DNA of 62,772 nucleotides, counting the filler. It is 5 parts of 5 records of this genome, joined end to end, with 100 filler letters (N's around TTAATTAATTAA, not from the genome) between each part and the next. Parts side by side here need not be neighbours in the genome. Positions count along the whole stretch, not along the records: positions 1 to 18,474 come from SRR20825010_689; 4 more parts are not named here. One strand, 5' to 3'. Positions 7,696 through 16,752 of the stretch are shown here, one piece after another. The position numbers and the translations under genes were made by a program. The notes below the pieces were generated by a model. The model did not search any database and was not told the origin of the DNA. It saw only the letters and a program-made list of their open reading frames with translations. The stretch's first letter is position 1; each line of letters starts with the position of its first letter.

Positions 7696-10107
7696 ATGTC
7701 CGTGAAGCCTCTCGCGACGAAAGCGCTCTACACAAGAACCAGTCTCAGACCGCTCTCGATCGAAAACACCGACGATCTTGAAGATATCGAGGCCCTGATC
7801 GGGCAGGAACGTGCCCTTGGCGCTGTCCGCTTCGCTTCCCGGATGCAGCAGCGCGGCTACAATCTCTTTGTCATCGGGCCGAAAGGCTCCGGCAAGCACA
7901 TGGCGGTGAAACGCTTCCTGGAGCAGCGCAAAACGGAACTCGATGCGCCGCCCGACTGGGTCTATGTGCATAATTTCGAAGATCCCTACACGCCAACGGC
8001 CATCGCCCTGCCCTCCGGCCGGGGAGAGACGTTCCGGCGCGTCATGCACACTCTGGTGACCGATCTGAAGGCGGTGATCCCGACGCTGTTCGAAAGCGAG
8101 GATTACCGGCTGCGGGTCGATGCCGTAAACAAGGATGCCGCTGAAAAGCAGCAGGCCGCGCTCAAGACCGTCAACGAGCAGGCCGGCAAGCACGGGCTGA
8201 CCCTGATCCGCACGGAGCAGGGCTTCGGTTTCGCGCCGCTTTCCGGCAAGGAGCCGATGGCGCCGGAAACCTTCCAGAAACTCCCGGAAGCCTCCCGGAA
8301 ACGCTATCAGGACGCGACCCAGACAATGATGGAGGAGCTGCAGAAAACCCTGCGCTCCCTGCCGATGGTCGAACGCGACCGCCAGCGTGCCCTGATGAAA
8401 ATCGGACGCGACACCGCCCGCCGGGTGATCACCGAGGAAATAGCCGATGTCGAAAAGGAAATGGCCGCGGCCGATGCCGCGCTGAAGCACCTGAAGGTCG
8501 TTGCCGAGGACATGGTCGAGCATGTCGGCCTGTTCCTGCGGGCCGAAGACAAGGGGCCGGACTCCCCGTCCAACGGCCCAGGCGAAGCGGCTGTCGAAAG
8601 CGACCCGCTGCATCGATATCAGGTCAACGTGCTGGTCTCGAACCGGCCGTCGGGAGGCGCGCCGGTGGTGGTGGAAGACAATCCGGCGCTGGGAAAACTG
8701 GTCGGCCGGATCGAGCATTACGCCCGGATGGGCACGCTCGTCGCGGACTTCTCGCTAATCAAGCCGGGAGCGCTGCATTGCGCGAATGGCGGCTTCCTGC
8801 TGATCAATGCCGACAAGCTGCTGCTCAACCCGATGAGCTGGGAAGCATTGAAGCGGGCGCTCTACGCGGAGAAGATCACCATCGAGGCGCCGAACATGAC
8901 TGCCGCGACGGCAACCGTGGTGTCCCTGCAACCGGACCCGATCCCGCTCGATCTGAAAATCGTGCTGTTCGGGGATTACCGGCTGTACCTCGCCCTCTCG
9001 GCCGCCGATCCGGACTTCCAGGACCTGTTCAAGGTCGCTGCCGACTTCGAGGAAATCATCGAGCGGACACCGGAGAACGATGCCCTCTTCGCCCGGCTGA
9101 TCGCGACCATTGCCCGCAATAACGGACTGCGCCCGTTCGCCAGCCCCGCCATTGAACGGGTGATGGAGCATGCGGCACGGCTGGCCGGCGATGCGGAACG
9201 CATGTCGACCAGTGTCGGCCAGATTGCCGACGTGATGCGGGAAGCGGATTATTTTGCCATCGAGGAAGACAAGACCAAAGTCTCCCGCGCCCACGTGGAC
9301 CAGGCCATCGCCGCACAGATCCACCGGGCCGACCGCATCCGCGACCGGACGATGGAGCAGATCACCCGCGGCACGGTGCTGATCGACAGCGACGGCGCCA
9401 AGGTCGGACAGGTCAACGGGCTCTCGGTCCTCTCCATCGGCACTTTCGCCTTCGGCAAGCCGAGCCGGATTTCCGCCACGGTCAGGGTCGGCGCCGGGCG
9501 GGTGATCGATATCGAGCGTGAGGTCGAGCTGGGCGGCCCACTGCATTCCAAGGGCGTGATGATCCTCTCCGGCTATCTCGCACAGAATTTCGCCGCCGAC
9601 GCCCCGATGGCGCTGGCCGCGACGCTGACCTTCGAGCAATCCTATGGCGGCGTCGACGGCGACAGCGCCTCTTCCGCCGAACTCTATGCCCTGCTCTCGG
9701 CGCTTTCCGGCCTGCCGATCGACCAGTCATTCGCCGTCACCGGCTCGGTGAACCAGATGGGCGAGGTGCAGGCCATCGGCGGGGTGAACGAGAAGATCGA
9801 AGGCTTCTTCGATGTCTGCGCGGCACGCGGCCTGACCGGCAAACAGGGCGTGATGATCCCCGCCTCGAACGTGAAGCATCTGATGTTGCGCGCGGACGTG
9901 GTCGAGGCCTGCAAGGAGAAGAAATTCCGCATCCTGCCGATTGCCACCATCGCGGAAGGTATCGAGGTGCTGACAGGCAAGAAGGCCGGCAAGCGCGGAG
10001 CCGGCGGGAAATATCCGTCGGGCAGCGTCAATCGGCTGGTGGAAGACCGACTGATCGAGTTCGCGGCCCTGCGGGCAAAAGCGGCGGCGAGGGCCCGGGA
10101 GGATTGA
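7696..10107 (+). CDS. Lon-like S16 protease (LonC / AAA_32 type)
   Basis: IGQERA, Walker A GPKGSGK, PGALHCANGG, catalytic Ser in VDGDSASSAE and Lys in GGVNEKIEG. GGAGG RBS before ATG 7696. Confidence 0.92.
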   Translation: MSVKPLATKALYTRTSLRPLSIENTDDLEDIEALIGQERALGAVRFASRMQQRGYNLFVIGPKGSGKHMAVKRFLEQRKTELDAPPDWVYVHNFEDPYTPTAIALPSGRGETFRRVMHTLVTDLKAVIPTLFESEDYRLRVDAVNKDAAEKQQAALKTVNEQAGKHGLTLIRTEQGFGFAPLSGKEPMAPETFQKLPEASRKRYQDATQTMMEELQKTLRSLPMVERDRQRALMKIGRDTARRVITEEIADVEKEMAAADAALKHLKVVAEDMVEHVGLFLRAEDKGPDSPSNGPGEAAVESDPLHRYQVNVLVSNRPSGGAPVVVEDNPALGKLVGRIEHYARMGTLVADFSLIKPGALHCANGGFLLINADKLLLNPMSWEALKRALYAEKITIEAPNMTAATATVVSLQPDPIPLDLKIVLFGDYRLYLALSAADPDFQDLFKVAADFEEIIERTPENDALFARLIATIARNNGLRPFASPAIERVMEHAARLAGDAERMSTSVGQIADVMREADYFAIEEDKTKVSRAHVDQAIAAQIHRADRIRDRTMEQITRGTVLIDSDGAKVGQVNGLSVLSIGTFAFGKPSRISATVRVGAGRVIDIEREVELGGPLHSKGVMILSGYLAQNFAADAPMALAATLTFEQSYGGVDGDSASSAELYALLSALSGLPIDQSFAVTGSVNQMGEVQAIGGVNEKIEGFFDVCAARGLTGKQGVMIPASNVKHLMLRADVVEACKEKKFRILPIATIAEGIEVLTGKKAGKRGAGGKYPSGSVNRLVEDRLIEFAALRAKAAARARED

Positions 10108-10110
10108 GGC

Positions 10111-10938
10111 TCAGGCTCTCTGCCGAAGCATGGCGGCGACAATCGCTTCCGGCCGGTCCTCCTGTACGAGGTGGCCTGCTTCGGGCACATGTATGAGCGG
10201 CTGGCCGGAGATCCGGTCCGCCAGCTCCATACCCTTGGCCAAAGGTATCCAGTCGTCCTGTTCGCCCCACAACACCGTGACCGGACAATCCAGCGGCTCG
10301 TACAGCGGTTCGACCTCGTCGGTGAAGCGCTGATCCATCTGGGCGACCTGACGGTAGAAAGCCGGCTGCCCGACCGGGCCGCGCCAGGGTGCGGCGTAAA
10401 CCTCCAGCGCTTCTTCGGAGAGCGGCTGGTGCGCGGCGGTCTGCAGATAGGCCCGCAGCATCGCTTCATGCATATAGGCCGGCATGCCGGAGAAAGCCGC
10501 TTCGTGCTGGCGTACATGCTGCACGAAGGGCGAGCCCCAGGGCGCCAGAGCCACCGCGTCGAAGATCGTCAGGGAGGCATAGCGCAGATTGTTCAGGAAA
10601 TACCCCCGCAATGCCGTCGCCCCGCCGAAATCGTGTGCCAGCACATGCGGGCGTTGCAGCCCCCATTCCTCAAGCAACGCGGCCAGAACGTGGTTCTGCA
10701 CACCGAGTGAAACATCCTGCCCGTCACGCTTCTCCGACAGGCCATAGCCGACCAGATCGAAATAATGGACGGTCCAGCGATGCGTCAGCTGCGGAATGAT
10801 CCGGCGCCAGACCTGCGATGAAAACGGCGTGCCATGAATGGCGACAAGCGCCGGCCCGGTACCGACCCGGCCCCACCGGACCGAGTCTCCATTCACCATC
10901 GTGCTTTCGGGCAAATCAAGCATCGCTGTCACTTTCAT
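10111..10938 (-). CDS. Alpha/beta hydrolase (epoxide hydrolase/dehalogenase-like, Asp nucleophile)
   Basis: IHGTP, DLVGYGLS, AHDFGG, WGEQD, AGHLVQED. Confidence 0.9.
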   Translation of the reverse strand: MKVTAMLDLPESTMVNGDSVRWGRVGTGPALVAIHGTPFSSQVWRRIIPQLTHRWTVHYFDLVGYGLSEKRDGQDVSLGVQNHVLAALLEEWGLQRPHVLAHDFGGATALRGYFLNNLRYASLTIFDAVALAPWGSPFVQHVRQHEAAFSGMPAYMHEAMLRAYLQTAAHQPLSEEALEVYAAPWRGPVGQPAFYRQVAQMDQRFTDEVEPLYEPLDCPVTVLWGEQDDWIPLAKGMELADRISGQPLIHVPEAGHLVQEDRPEAIVAAMLRQRA

Positions 10939-10964
10939 ATAGTCATTTAGCGAAATGACTATAT
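10937..10964. promoter_or_regulatory. 12-4-12 inverted repeat, probable ArsR-family operator
   Basis: atatagtcattt-agcg-aaatgactatat fills the 36-bp gap between the divergent hydrolase and ArsR genes. Confidence 0.8.
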
Positions 10965-10974
10965 ATTAAATCAC

Positions 10975-11289
10975 ATGGATCGTTCAATACAGATCAAGGC
11001 ACTGGCCAGCGAGCCCCGGATGAAAATCCTCAGCCTGCTGGCAGAGCCGGGCACGCATTTCGGCGAACAATGGTCCGCCGATCCGGTGGAGTTCGGGGTC
11101 TGCATGACCCTGATCGCGGACGCGCTCGGCGTTGCCCAGCCGACGGCCAGCCGGCATCTGGATCTGCTGCGGCAGGCCGGTTTCATTACCGTCCGGCGGT
11201 ACCAGAAATGGTCCTACTGCAAGCGGGACGAGGCGGTCATCGGCGCATATATCGATTGGCTGACACGGCACCTGAAAGCGACGATCTAA
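10975..11289 (+). CDS. ArsR/SmtB family transcriptional regulator
   Basis: KALASEPRMKIL...GVC...LGVAQPTASRHLDLLRQAGFI...WSYCKR. Confidence 0.9.
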   Translation: MDRSIQIKALASEPRMKILSLLAEPGTHFGEQWSADPVEFGVCMTLIADALGVAQPTASRHLDLLRQAGFITVRRYQKWSYCKRDEAVIGAYIDWLTRHLKATI

Positions 11290-12305
11290 AGATACGTCCC
11301 CGCCAGCGTCACCAGCTCGCCGCCAACGCCGAGCTTAAAACGGGAGACGCCGGGCATGTGCAGACCGTCAACACCGCCGAGATCGAGCCATTCGACACCG
11401 GTTTCCTTGAGCTTGGTGATGGCTTTCCAGAGCAGCAGATTGTGGGCCTGCTTCTCACGCCCCTCCACCCCGGTCCAGCCGACATAATATGTGGCGGAAT
11501 TGCCGTGCCGGACGGTCAGGATGGCGGCAATCGGCTCGCTGCCGACATAGGCCGTGAAAACCTGCGTCGCGCGCTTGTCCCGCCCGCTATCGGCGATGGC
11601 GGCAACGAAGGCGCCCGCCGGGGCCCGGAACTTACGCCGCTTCCTGTGCTGGTCGTGCCGGGTCAACAGCCATTCCATCGGCGCCCCGCCAAAACCGCTG
11701 CGCACCCGGATCGGCTCCGCTTCCGCGAGTTTGAGCTGATTGCGCCATTTCATGTGCAGCCCGGCCCGGAGTGTCTCCAGTTCCGGACGCAGATCGAGCC
11801 AGACGGTGTTGTAGCCGGTCACCATCGGACGCATTCCGATGCCGCGCAGCAGGTCATCGCTGTCCGCTCCAGCGGGCAGTTCCGGTGTCATGAAGAAGAG
11901 ATTGAGCTTTGCCACTGGATAGCGCTGCTTGATCAGCCGGAAGATCGCCACGCGTTCCGTCTCTGAGACATCATCCGTCAGGAAAACCGGCCCGCGCGTC
12001 AGCTTGGCGATCCGAAAACCGCCCGGAAACCGCCATTCGAGGATCAGGGCAAGCGCCACCCGCTCCGGGCCGCGCATGAAGACCGCTGTGACCGGGGTAT
12101 AGGCAGAGGCGCGCGACATGGCCATGCCATAGGCCGATGATTGCTCCAGCGCCGAGCGGTCCGCTTTTGCGATCAGCTCGTCCCAGCGCCGCTGATCGAC
12201 CGCGTCCCAGAGCGCGACGATACCGTCCTGCTCCTCCCCGCGCTTGTCTTTCAGTGACCGGTCGCTTTTCTCTTTGGCTTTCTGGGCTTTGGCCGCAGCC
12301 GCCAT
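11286..12305 (-). CDS. FemAB/FemX-like GNAT (aminoacyl transferase family)
   Basis: RGPV, WLDLRPELETLRAGLHMKWRNQL, NLLLWKAI, WLDLGG, RFKLGVGG. Confidence 0.8.
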   Translation of the reverse strand: MAAAAKAQKAKEKSDRSLKDKRGEEQDGIVALWDAVDQRRWDELIAKADRSALEQSSAYGMAMSRASAYTPVTAVFMRGPERVALALILEWRFPGGFRIAKLTRGPVFLTDDVSETERVAIFRLIKQRYPVAKLNLFFMTPELPAGADSDDLLRGIGMRPMVTGYNTVWLDLRPELETLRAGLHMKWRNQLKLAEAEPIRVRSGFGGAPMEWLLTRHDQHRKRRKFRAPAGAFVAAIADSGRDKRATQVFTAYVGSEPIAAILTVRHGNSATYYVGWTGVEGREKQAHNLLLWKAITKLKETGVEWLDLGGVDGLHMPGVSRFKLGVGGELVTLAGTYL

Positions 12306-12346
12306 TCAAGGTTCCCCCGTCCCCGTTCCGCGGCTAGTCTTAGCCC

Positions 12347-12556
12347 ATGTCCGTGCTCGCACAATTCAAAAAGCCGCCCGTGATTCACGGTCACCGGATT
12401 CCCGGCCGCCGCTTCACACGCTGGGCCGCGCTCTATTTCGCCGGCTTCGTCGCCCTGCCGATCCTCGGCGTCACGTTGCTGCTCGACCTGATCGGCTACC
12501 TGCTGGCGGTGAAGCTGTTCGGCGCGTCCTGTTACGGCCTGCTCTGCCTGCTCTGA
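12347..12556 (+). CDS. Small hypothetical membrane protein
   Basis: 69 aa with a long hydrophobic stretch and CYGLLC C-terminus. Fits the gap exactly. Confidence 0.6.
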   Translation: MSVLAQFKKPPVIHGHRIPGRRFTRWAALYFAGFVALPILGVTLLLDLIGYLLAVKLFGASCYGLLCLL

Positions 12557-13468
12557 TTACTCGTCCTTGCCTTCAGGCAAATCGATCCCGGCGAGTTTCT
12601 GGAACACCTTGATGACGGCGGAATCATCCTCCGTTCCCAGCCCGGCCGCAGCCGCGCCAAGGAACTGCTGGTGCGCCGCCGCCGACAGCGGCAACGGGAA
12701 GGTCAGCTCCTTGCCGGTCTCCAGCACGATGCCAAGATCCTTCACAAAGATATTCACGGCGCTGAGCGGCGCGTAGTCTCCATCAAGAATATGCGGCACC
12801 CGGTTATTGAACATCCAGGACGCACCGGCGGAGTTGGAGATCACCTCGAAAAGATCTGCAGGCTCTACGCCGGCGCGAATACCAAGCGCCATGGCTTCCG
12901 CCGCCGCCGCGATATGCACGCCCGCAAGCAACTGATTGATGGTCTTCACGGTCGAGCCCGGCCCGGCCTGATCGCCCAGCTGGTAAACCTTCATCGCGAT
13001 GGCCTTCAGCAGGAAATCCGCTGCCTCGAATGCCTCTGGCGTGCCGGAGCCCATCACCGTCATCTCGCCGGTCGCCGCCTTGGCCGCGCCGCCGCTGACC
13101 GGCCCATCCACCATCAGCAAACCGTGCTCCGCCAGCCGGCCCTCAAGCTCCCGCGCATAGGCGGCGGGTACCGTGCTGCTGGCAACAACGACGGCGCCTT
13201 TTTTCATATGTTTGACCGCACCGGTCTCGCCGAACAGCACGCTCTCGGTCTGGGCCGCGTTGACCACGAGAACCAGCAGCGCATCCACTTTCGATGCCAG
13301 CTCCGCCGGATTTGCCGCGCCCTTGCCGCCATGCGCCACGAAATCCGCGACGGACTCGGCGCGCACATCCGTTCCCCAGGTCTCTATCCCGGCCGCAACA
13401 AGGGAGCGGGCCGCGCCCATTCCCATGGAACCGAGGCCGATGACCCCGGCGATACGTCCCTCAGACAT
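12557..13468 (-). CDS. ltnD: L-threonate dehydrogenase (3-hydroxyisobutyrate dehydrogenase family)
   Basis: GVIGLGSMGMGAA, PVSGGAAKA, KTINQLLAGVHIAAAAE, PLSAVNIFVKDLGIV. Confidence 0.82.
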   Translation of the reverse strand: MSEGRIAGVIGLGSMGMGAARSLVAAGIETWGTDVRAESVADFVAHGGKGAANPAELASKVDALLVLVVNAAQTESVLFGETGAVKHMKKGAVVVASSTVPAAYARELEGRLAEHGLLMVDGPVSGGAAKAATGEMTVMGSGTPEAFEAADFLLKAIAMKVYQLGDQAGPGSTVKTINQLLAGVHIAAAAEAMALGIRAGVEPADLFEVISNSAGASWMFNNRVPHILDGDYAPLSAVNIFVKDLGIVLETGKELTFPLPLSAAAHQQFLGAAAAGLGTEDDSAVIKVFQKLAGIDLPEGKDE

Positions 13469-13477
13469 TCGTTCCCC

Positions 13478-14230
13478 CTAAATCAAACCGCCATTCACAT
13501 GGATGACTTGTCCGGTAACGTAGCTCGCTTCGAGCGAGGAGAGAAAGACGATGACGGCGGCAACTTCCGCCGGCGTTCCCCGCCGCGCCATCGGAATGCA
13601 GCTCGTAAGCTCCGCGACCGCTTCCGCCGACACCGCCGCATGGGTGCCCGCGTCCTTCTCGATGAAACCGGGGGCGACCACATTCGCCGTTGCGCCAGAG
13701 GGGCCGAGCTTCAGGGCAAGCGCCCTTACGGTCGCCTCCAGTGCCGCTTTCGCGGCAGCCGTCGCGGGAAAGCTCGGAAGATCCGTGCGCCAGACATGCG
13801 GGCCGAACGCGCCAACTGCAATGGCCCGCCCGCGCCGAGAGGCCTCAAGAAGCGGCAGGGCCGCCTCCGCCATCTCGAAGAAAGACCGGGCAATCGCACC
13901 ATGGGCCTGATCGAACCGCTCCACCCCGCCGGCTTCGCCGAGCGGCGCCTTGTCGGCATAACCGGCATTGGCAACAAGGATATCCATGCCGCCGAAATAA
14001 TCCGCACAGGCCGCGATCAGGTCACGGCCCGCGCCCGGCTCGCCAAGATCCCGCAGGATGCATTCGGCCTTGGCGTCTTTTGCCCGCACCGCTTTAGCGA
14101 CCTCTTCAAGTTTTTCGGCGTTGCGGCGCGTATGCAGCAGCACCCTGTCCCCCGGCTGCACCAGCCTGAGCGCCGTCGCCGCGCCGATACCGCTTGCCGC
14201 GCCCGTTATCAGAATTGTCCTGTTTTCCAT
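13478..14230 (-). CDS. SDR family oxidoreductase (atypical active site)
   Basis: ITGAASGIG, LVANAG, NVVAPG, SYVTGQVIHVNGG. Start placed at ATG 14230. Confidence 0.88.
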   Translation of the reverse strand: MENRTILITGAASGIGAATALRLVQPGDRVLLHTRRNAEKLEEVAKAVRAKDAKAECILRDLGEPGAGRDLIAACADYFGGMDILVANAGYADKAPLGEAGGVERFDQAHGAIARSFFEMAEAALPLLEASRRGRAIAVGAFGPHVWRTDLPSFPATAAAKAALEATVRALALKLGPSGATANVVAPGFIEKDAGTHAAVSAEAVAELTSCIPMARRGTPAEVAAVIVFLSSLEASYVTGQVIHVNGGLI

Positions 14231-14322
14231 ACCCGGTCCCCACACATGAAGGCGCAGAGAGTGGCACGGAGACGGCGGCGGGTGAAAGCACTACGGAGGG
14301 CACTTCCGGGAATTTCAGCCTT

Positions 14323-14808
14323 CTAGATCCAGCGCCGGACCCGCGCCTTGTAGTCAGCATAAGCAGCACCGAAACGACGCTCGAGATAGGCTTCCTCGCG
14401 CAGAATGACGCCGTAATGCATCACGCCGACGAAACCGACGGTGGCTGTCAGGATCCAGAGCGTGTTACCGGCGAATGCCAGGCCGAACAACAGGACCACC
14501 ATGGCGGCATACATCGGATTGCGGCTGACCGAAAACATTCCGCTGGTGACGATGGCGGTGGTCGGCACCCAGGGTTTCACACTGGTCCCCGCGCGCTTGA
14601 ACTGGCGCTCGGCGATGATGGCGACGGCAACTGCCCCGACGACGAGGGCAGGGCCGAGATAGGTCTGCGCCCAGTCCGGCGCAAACGGCCGCGGTACAAA
14701 GATTTCCAGCACGGCGCCGAAGATAATGAAGATCAACAAAATGACCGGCGGCGGCAGGATGATGCCCGCCGTGTCCGGCGCGCCGTCGGGCTGTTGCTTC
14801 TCATCCAT
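14323..14808 (-). CDS. Isoprenylcysteine carboxyl/phospholipid methyltransferase family membrane protein
   Basis: PPP, IVTSGMFSVSRNPMY, REEAYLERRFG...YKARVRRWI. Confidence 0.88.
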   Translation of the reverse strand: MDEKQQPDGAPDTAGIILPPPVILLIFIIFGAVLEIFVPRPFAPDWAQTYLGPALVVGAVAVAIIAERQFKRAGTSVKPWVPTTAIVTSGMFSVSRNPMYAAMVVLLFGLAFAGNTLWILTATVGFVGVMHYGVILREEAYLERRFGAAYADYKARVRRWI

Positions 14809-14855
14809 GCCTGTCCCCTTTTGTTACCGGAGACCGGCTTACCACACCTTCCGGA

Positions 14856-15440
14856 TCAGACGGTACTGAGAGCGGCATCCTCTTCCACTATTTTCAGCCA
14901 TGGCCAACGCTCCCGGTAACTCCCGCACTTGAAATCAAACTGGTGTGGTGTCGGGTTCATCGGATTGTAGCGCAGGACACCTGCGAACATATCCTCGAAG
15001 CCGTAGGGCGCATGTACCTCACCCGCTTGCGAGATGCCGCAGCAGGTGCCCGCAACGACAAAGCGGTCAATACCGGTCCGGGATTCGGTAATTGGCGGAT
15101 AGGGCACCCCGAACCGTTCCTCGAACCAGAGCGGCACCCGCGCCTGGTTGCGGATCTCGACCTCGACCCCAAGCTCCGCGAACAGAGCCGCGCCACGCTG
15201 GATCACCGCGTCTTCCGCCTCATAGCTGGTGTCCGGGTCGTAGTAGAAAATATCGTAGTCCCGGATATTCTCGGTCAGCGGGCGGCCGGACAGATCATTC
15301 CAGACCGTCCCGAAAAGACAGCCGGCCACCAGCCAGGTATCCTCGACACCGAGATCAGGCATCCGCTCCAGGATGATCCGGTTCGCCGGGTTGGCCAGCA
15401 CCAGCGCCAAAAAACGATCCTGCAAGCTGTCATCCGTCAT
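14856..15440 (-). CDS. Nucleotidyltransferase family protein (DUF925 / NTP_transf_6-like)
   Basis: WLVAGCLFGTVWN, IRDYDIFYYD, EIRNQARV, APYGFED, RWPWL. Confidence 0.82.
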   Translation of the reverse strand: MTDDSLQDRFLALVLANPANRIILERMPDLGVEDTWLVAGCLFGTVWNDLSGRPLTENIRDYDIFYYDPDTSYEAEDAVIQRGAALFAELGVEVEIRNQARVPLWFEERFGVPYPPITESRTGIDRFVVAGTCCGISQAGEVHAPYGFEDMFAGVLRYNPMNPTPHQFDFKCGSYRERWPWLKIVEEDAALSTV

Positions 15441-15608
15441 CGAACGGGCCTCTGTTTTTTGACCATATGGAATTTATCTGATGCATCGGCACCAAAGCGC
15501 CGTCAACAGATTGACCGGAATGCCGCAGCCTGCCTAAGTGCAGGCATCACTCCATTCGATGGCCGCGCGACCGACTCCGGAAACCGGCTGAAATCAGGCA
15601 CGTCCGCC

Positions 15609-16646
15609 ATGTCCATACCCGCGCCCGTCCGCCATCTCGCCAGCTTCGCCTTCGCGGCGGGAGCCGGCTGGGCATTCGCCTTTCTTGGCGTACCTCTGCC
15701 CTGGCTGCTCGGGCCCATGCTCTCGGTCGGCGTACTCAGCATGGCCGGGCTCACACTCTCCATGCCGAGAGGCGCGCGGCAAACCGGCCAGCTCCTGCTC
15801 GGCACCGGTATCGGCCTCAATTTCACCCCCACCGTCGCCGCCTTCGTGGTCGACCATATCGCGGTGATGGTGGTCTGTGCGCTCGCCTCCATCCTGTTCG
15901 GGCTGCTCTCAGCGCTCTATCTGCGCAAGGTCGCCAAGGTGGACATGGCCACCGCCTATTTCGCCAGCGTGCCCGGCGGCGTGGTGGAAATGGCGATACA
16001 GGCGACGAAGTGGGGTGGCGAGATGGCGCCGGTGTCCCTCGCCCAGTCCCTGCGCATCCTCTGCGTCGTCACCACCATCCCGACTACGCTCACCCTTATC
16101 GGGGCTGTCGGGCATTCGCCGTTCGAGGCGCAAAATCTCCCGTTCGACCTGCGGGGCTTTCCGGTCCTGGTCGCCCTCTCCCTGCTGTTCGGCGGGCTTA
16201 TGGCCTGGCGCAAGATCACCAATGGCTGGCTGCTCGGCCCGCTCGCCGCCGGTGCCCTCGTCACGGTGCTGGACCTGCATCTGTCCGGCATGCCGCGTGA
16301 GCTGCTCAATCTCTCGCAGGTGCTGATCGGCTGTTTCATAGGCCTGCGTTACCGCCGCGAGCTGGTACTGCCGCTGAAGCGCTTCCTGCCCCACGCGTTG
16401 CTCAGCACACTGGTTCTGGTCGGGCTGAATGTCCTGTTCGGCATCGGTGTCGCGGAAGTAACGGGCCTGCCGGCCGCCAGCATGGTGCTGTCCGTCTCAC
16501 CCGGCGGCATGGCGGAAATGAGCATCACCGCCGCCGTGCTCGAGCTCGGCGTTCCGCTGATAGCGGCCTTCCACATTATCCGGATTTTTCTGGTTATTGC
16601 CCTCTCGGGGCTTATCTTCCGCTATATTCTAAGTTCAAAGACCTAG
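15609..16646 (+). CDS. AbrB-family (AmoA-like) membrane protein
   Basis: Two-fold repeated membrane module: PLPWLLGP...SVPGG and GWLLGP...SPGGMAEM. Start placed at ATG 15609. Confidence 0.85.
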   Translation: MSIPAPVRHLASFAFAAGAGWAFAFLGVPLPWLLGPMLSVGVLSMAGLTLSMPRGARQTGQLLLGTGIGLNFTPTVAAFVVDHIAVMVVCALASILFGLLSALYLRKVAKVDMATAYFASVPGGVVEMAIQATKWGGEMAPVSLAQSLRILCVVTTIPTTLTLIGAVGHSPFEAQNLPFDLRGFPVLVALSLLFGGLMAWRKITNGWLLGPLAAGALVTVLDLHLSGMPRELLNLSQVLIGCFIGLRYRRELVLPLKRFLPHALLSTLVLVGLNVLFGIGVAEVTGLPAASMVLSVSPGGMAEMSITAAVLELGVPLIAAFHIIRIFLVIALSGLIFRYILSSKT

Positions 16647-16752
16647 GAAAACCGGTATTTTCGGTTGATCCAAAATACGATAAATGGCGTCCCCCAGCCT
16701 ATCGAACTGGGCTGCCAGCACATCAAACCGGGCCTCCCGGGAGGAAAATTCC

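Noticed and set aside
12671..14326. 551-aa plus-strand ORF, and similar long ORFs such as 7531-8718 and 754-1827
   Set aside because: Antisense or off-frame shadows of well-supported genes in high-GC DNA. Arg-rich and without motifs.
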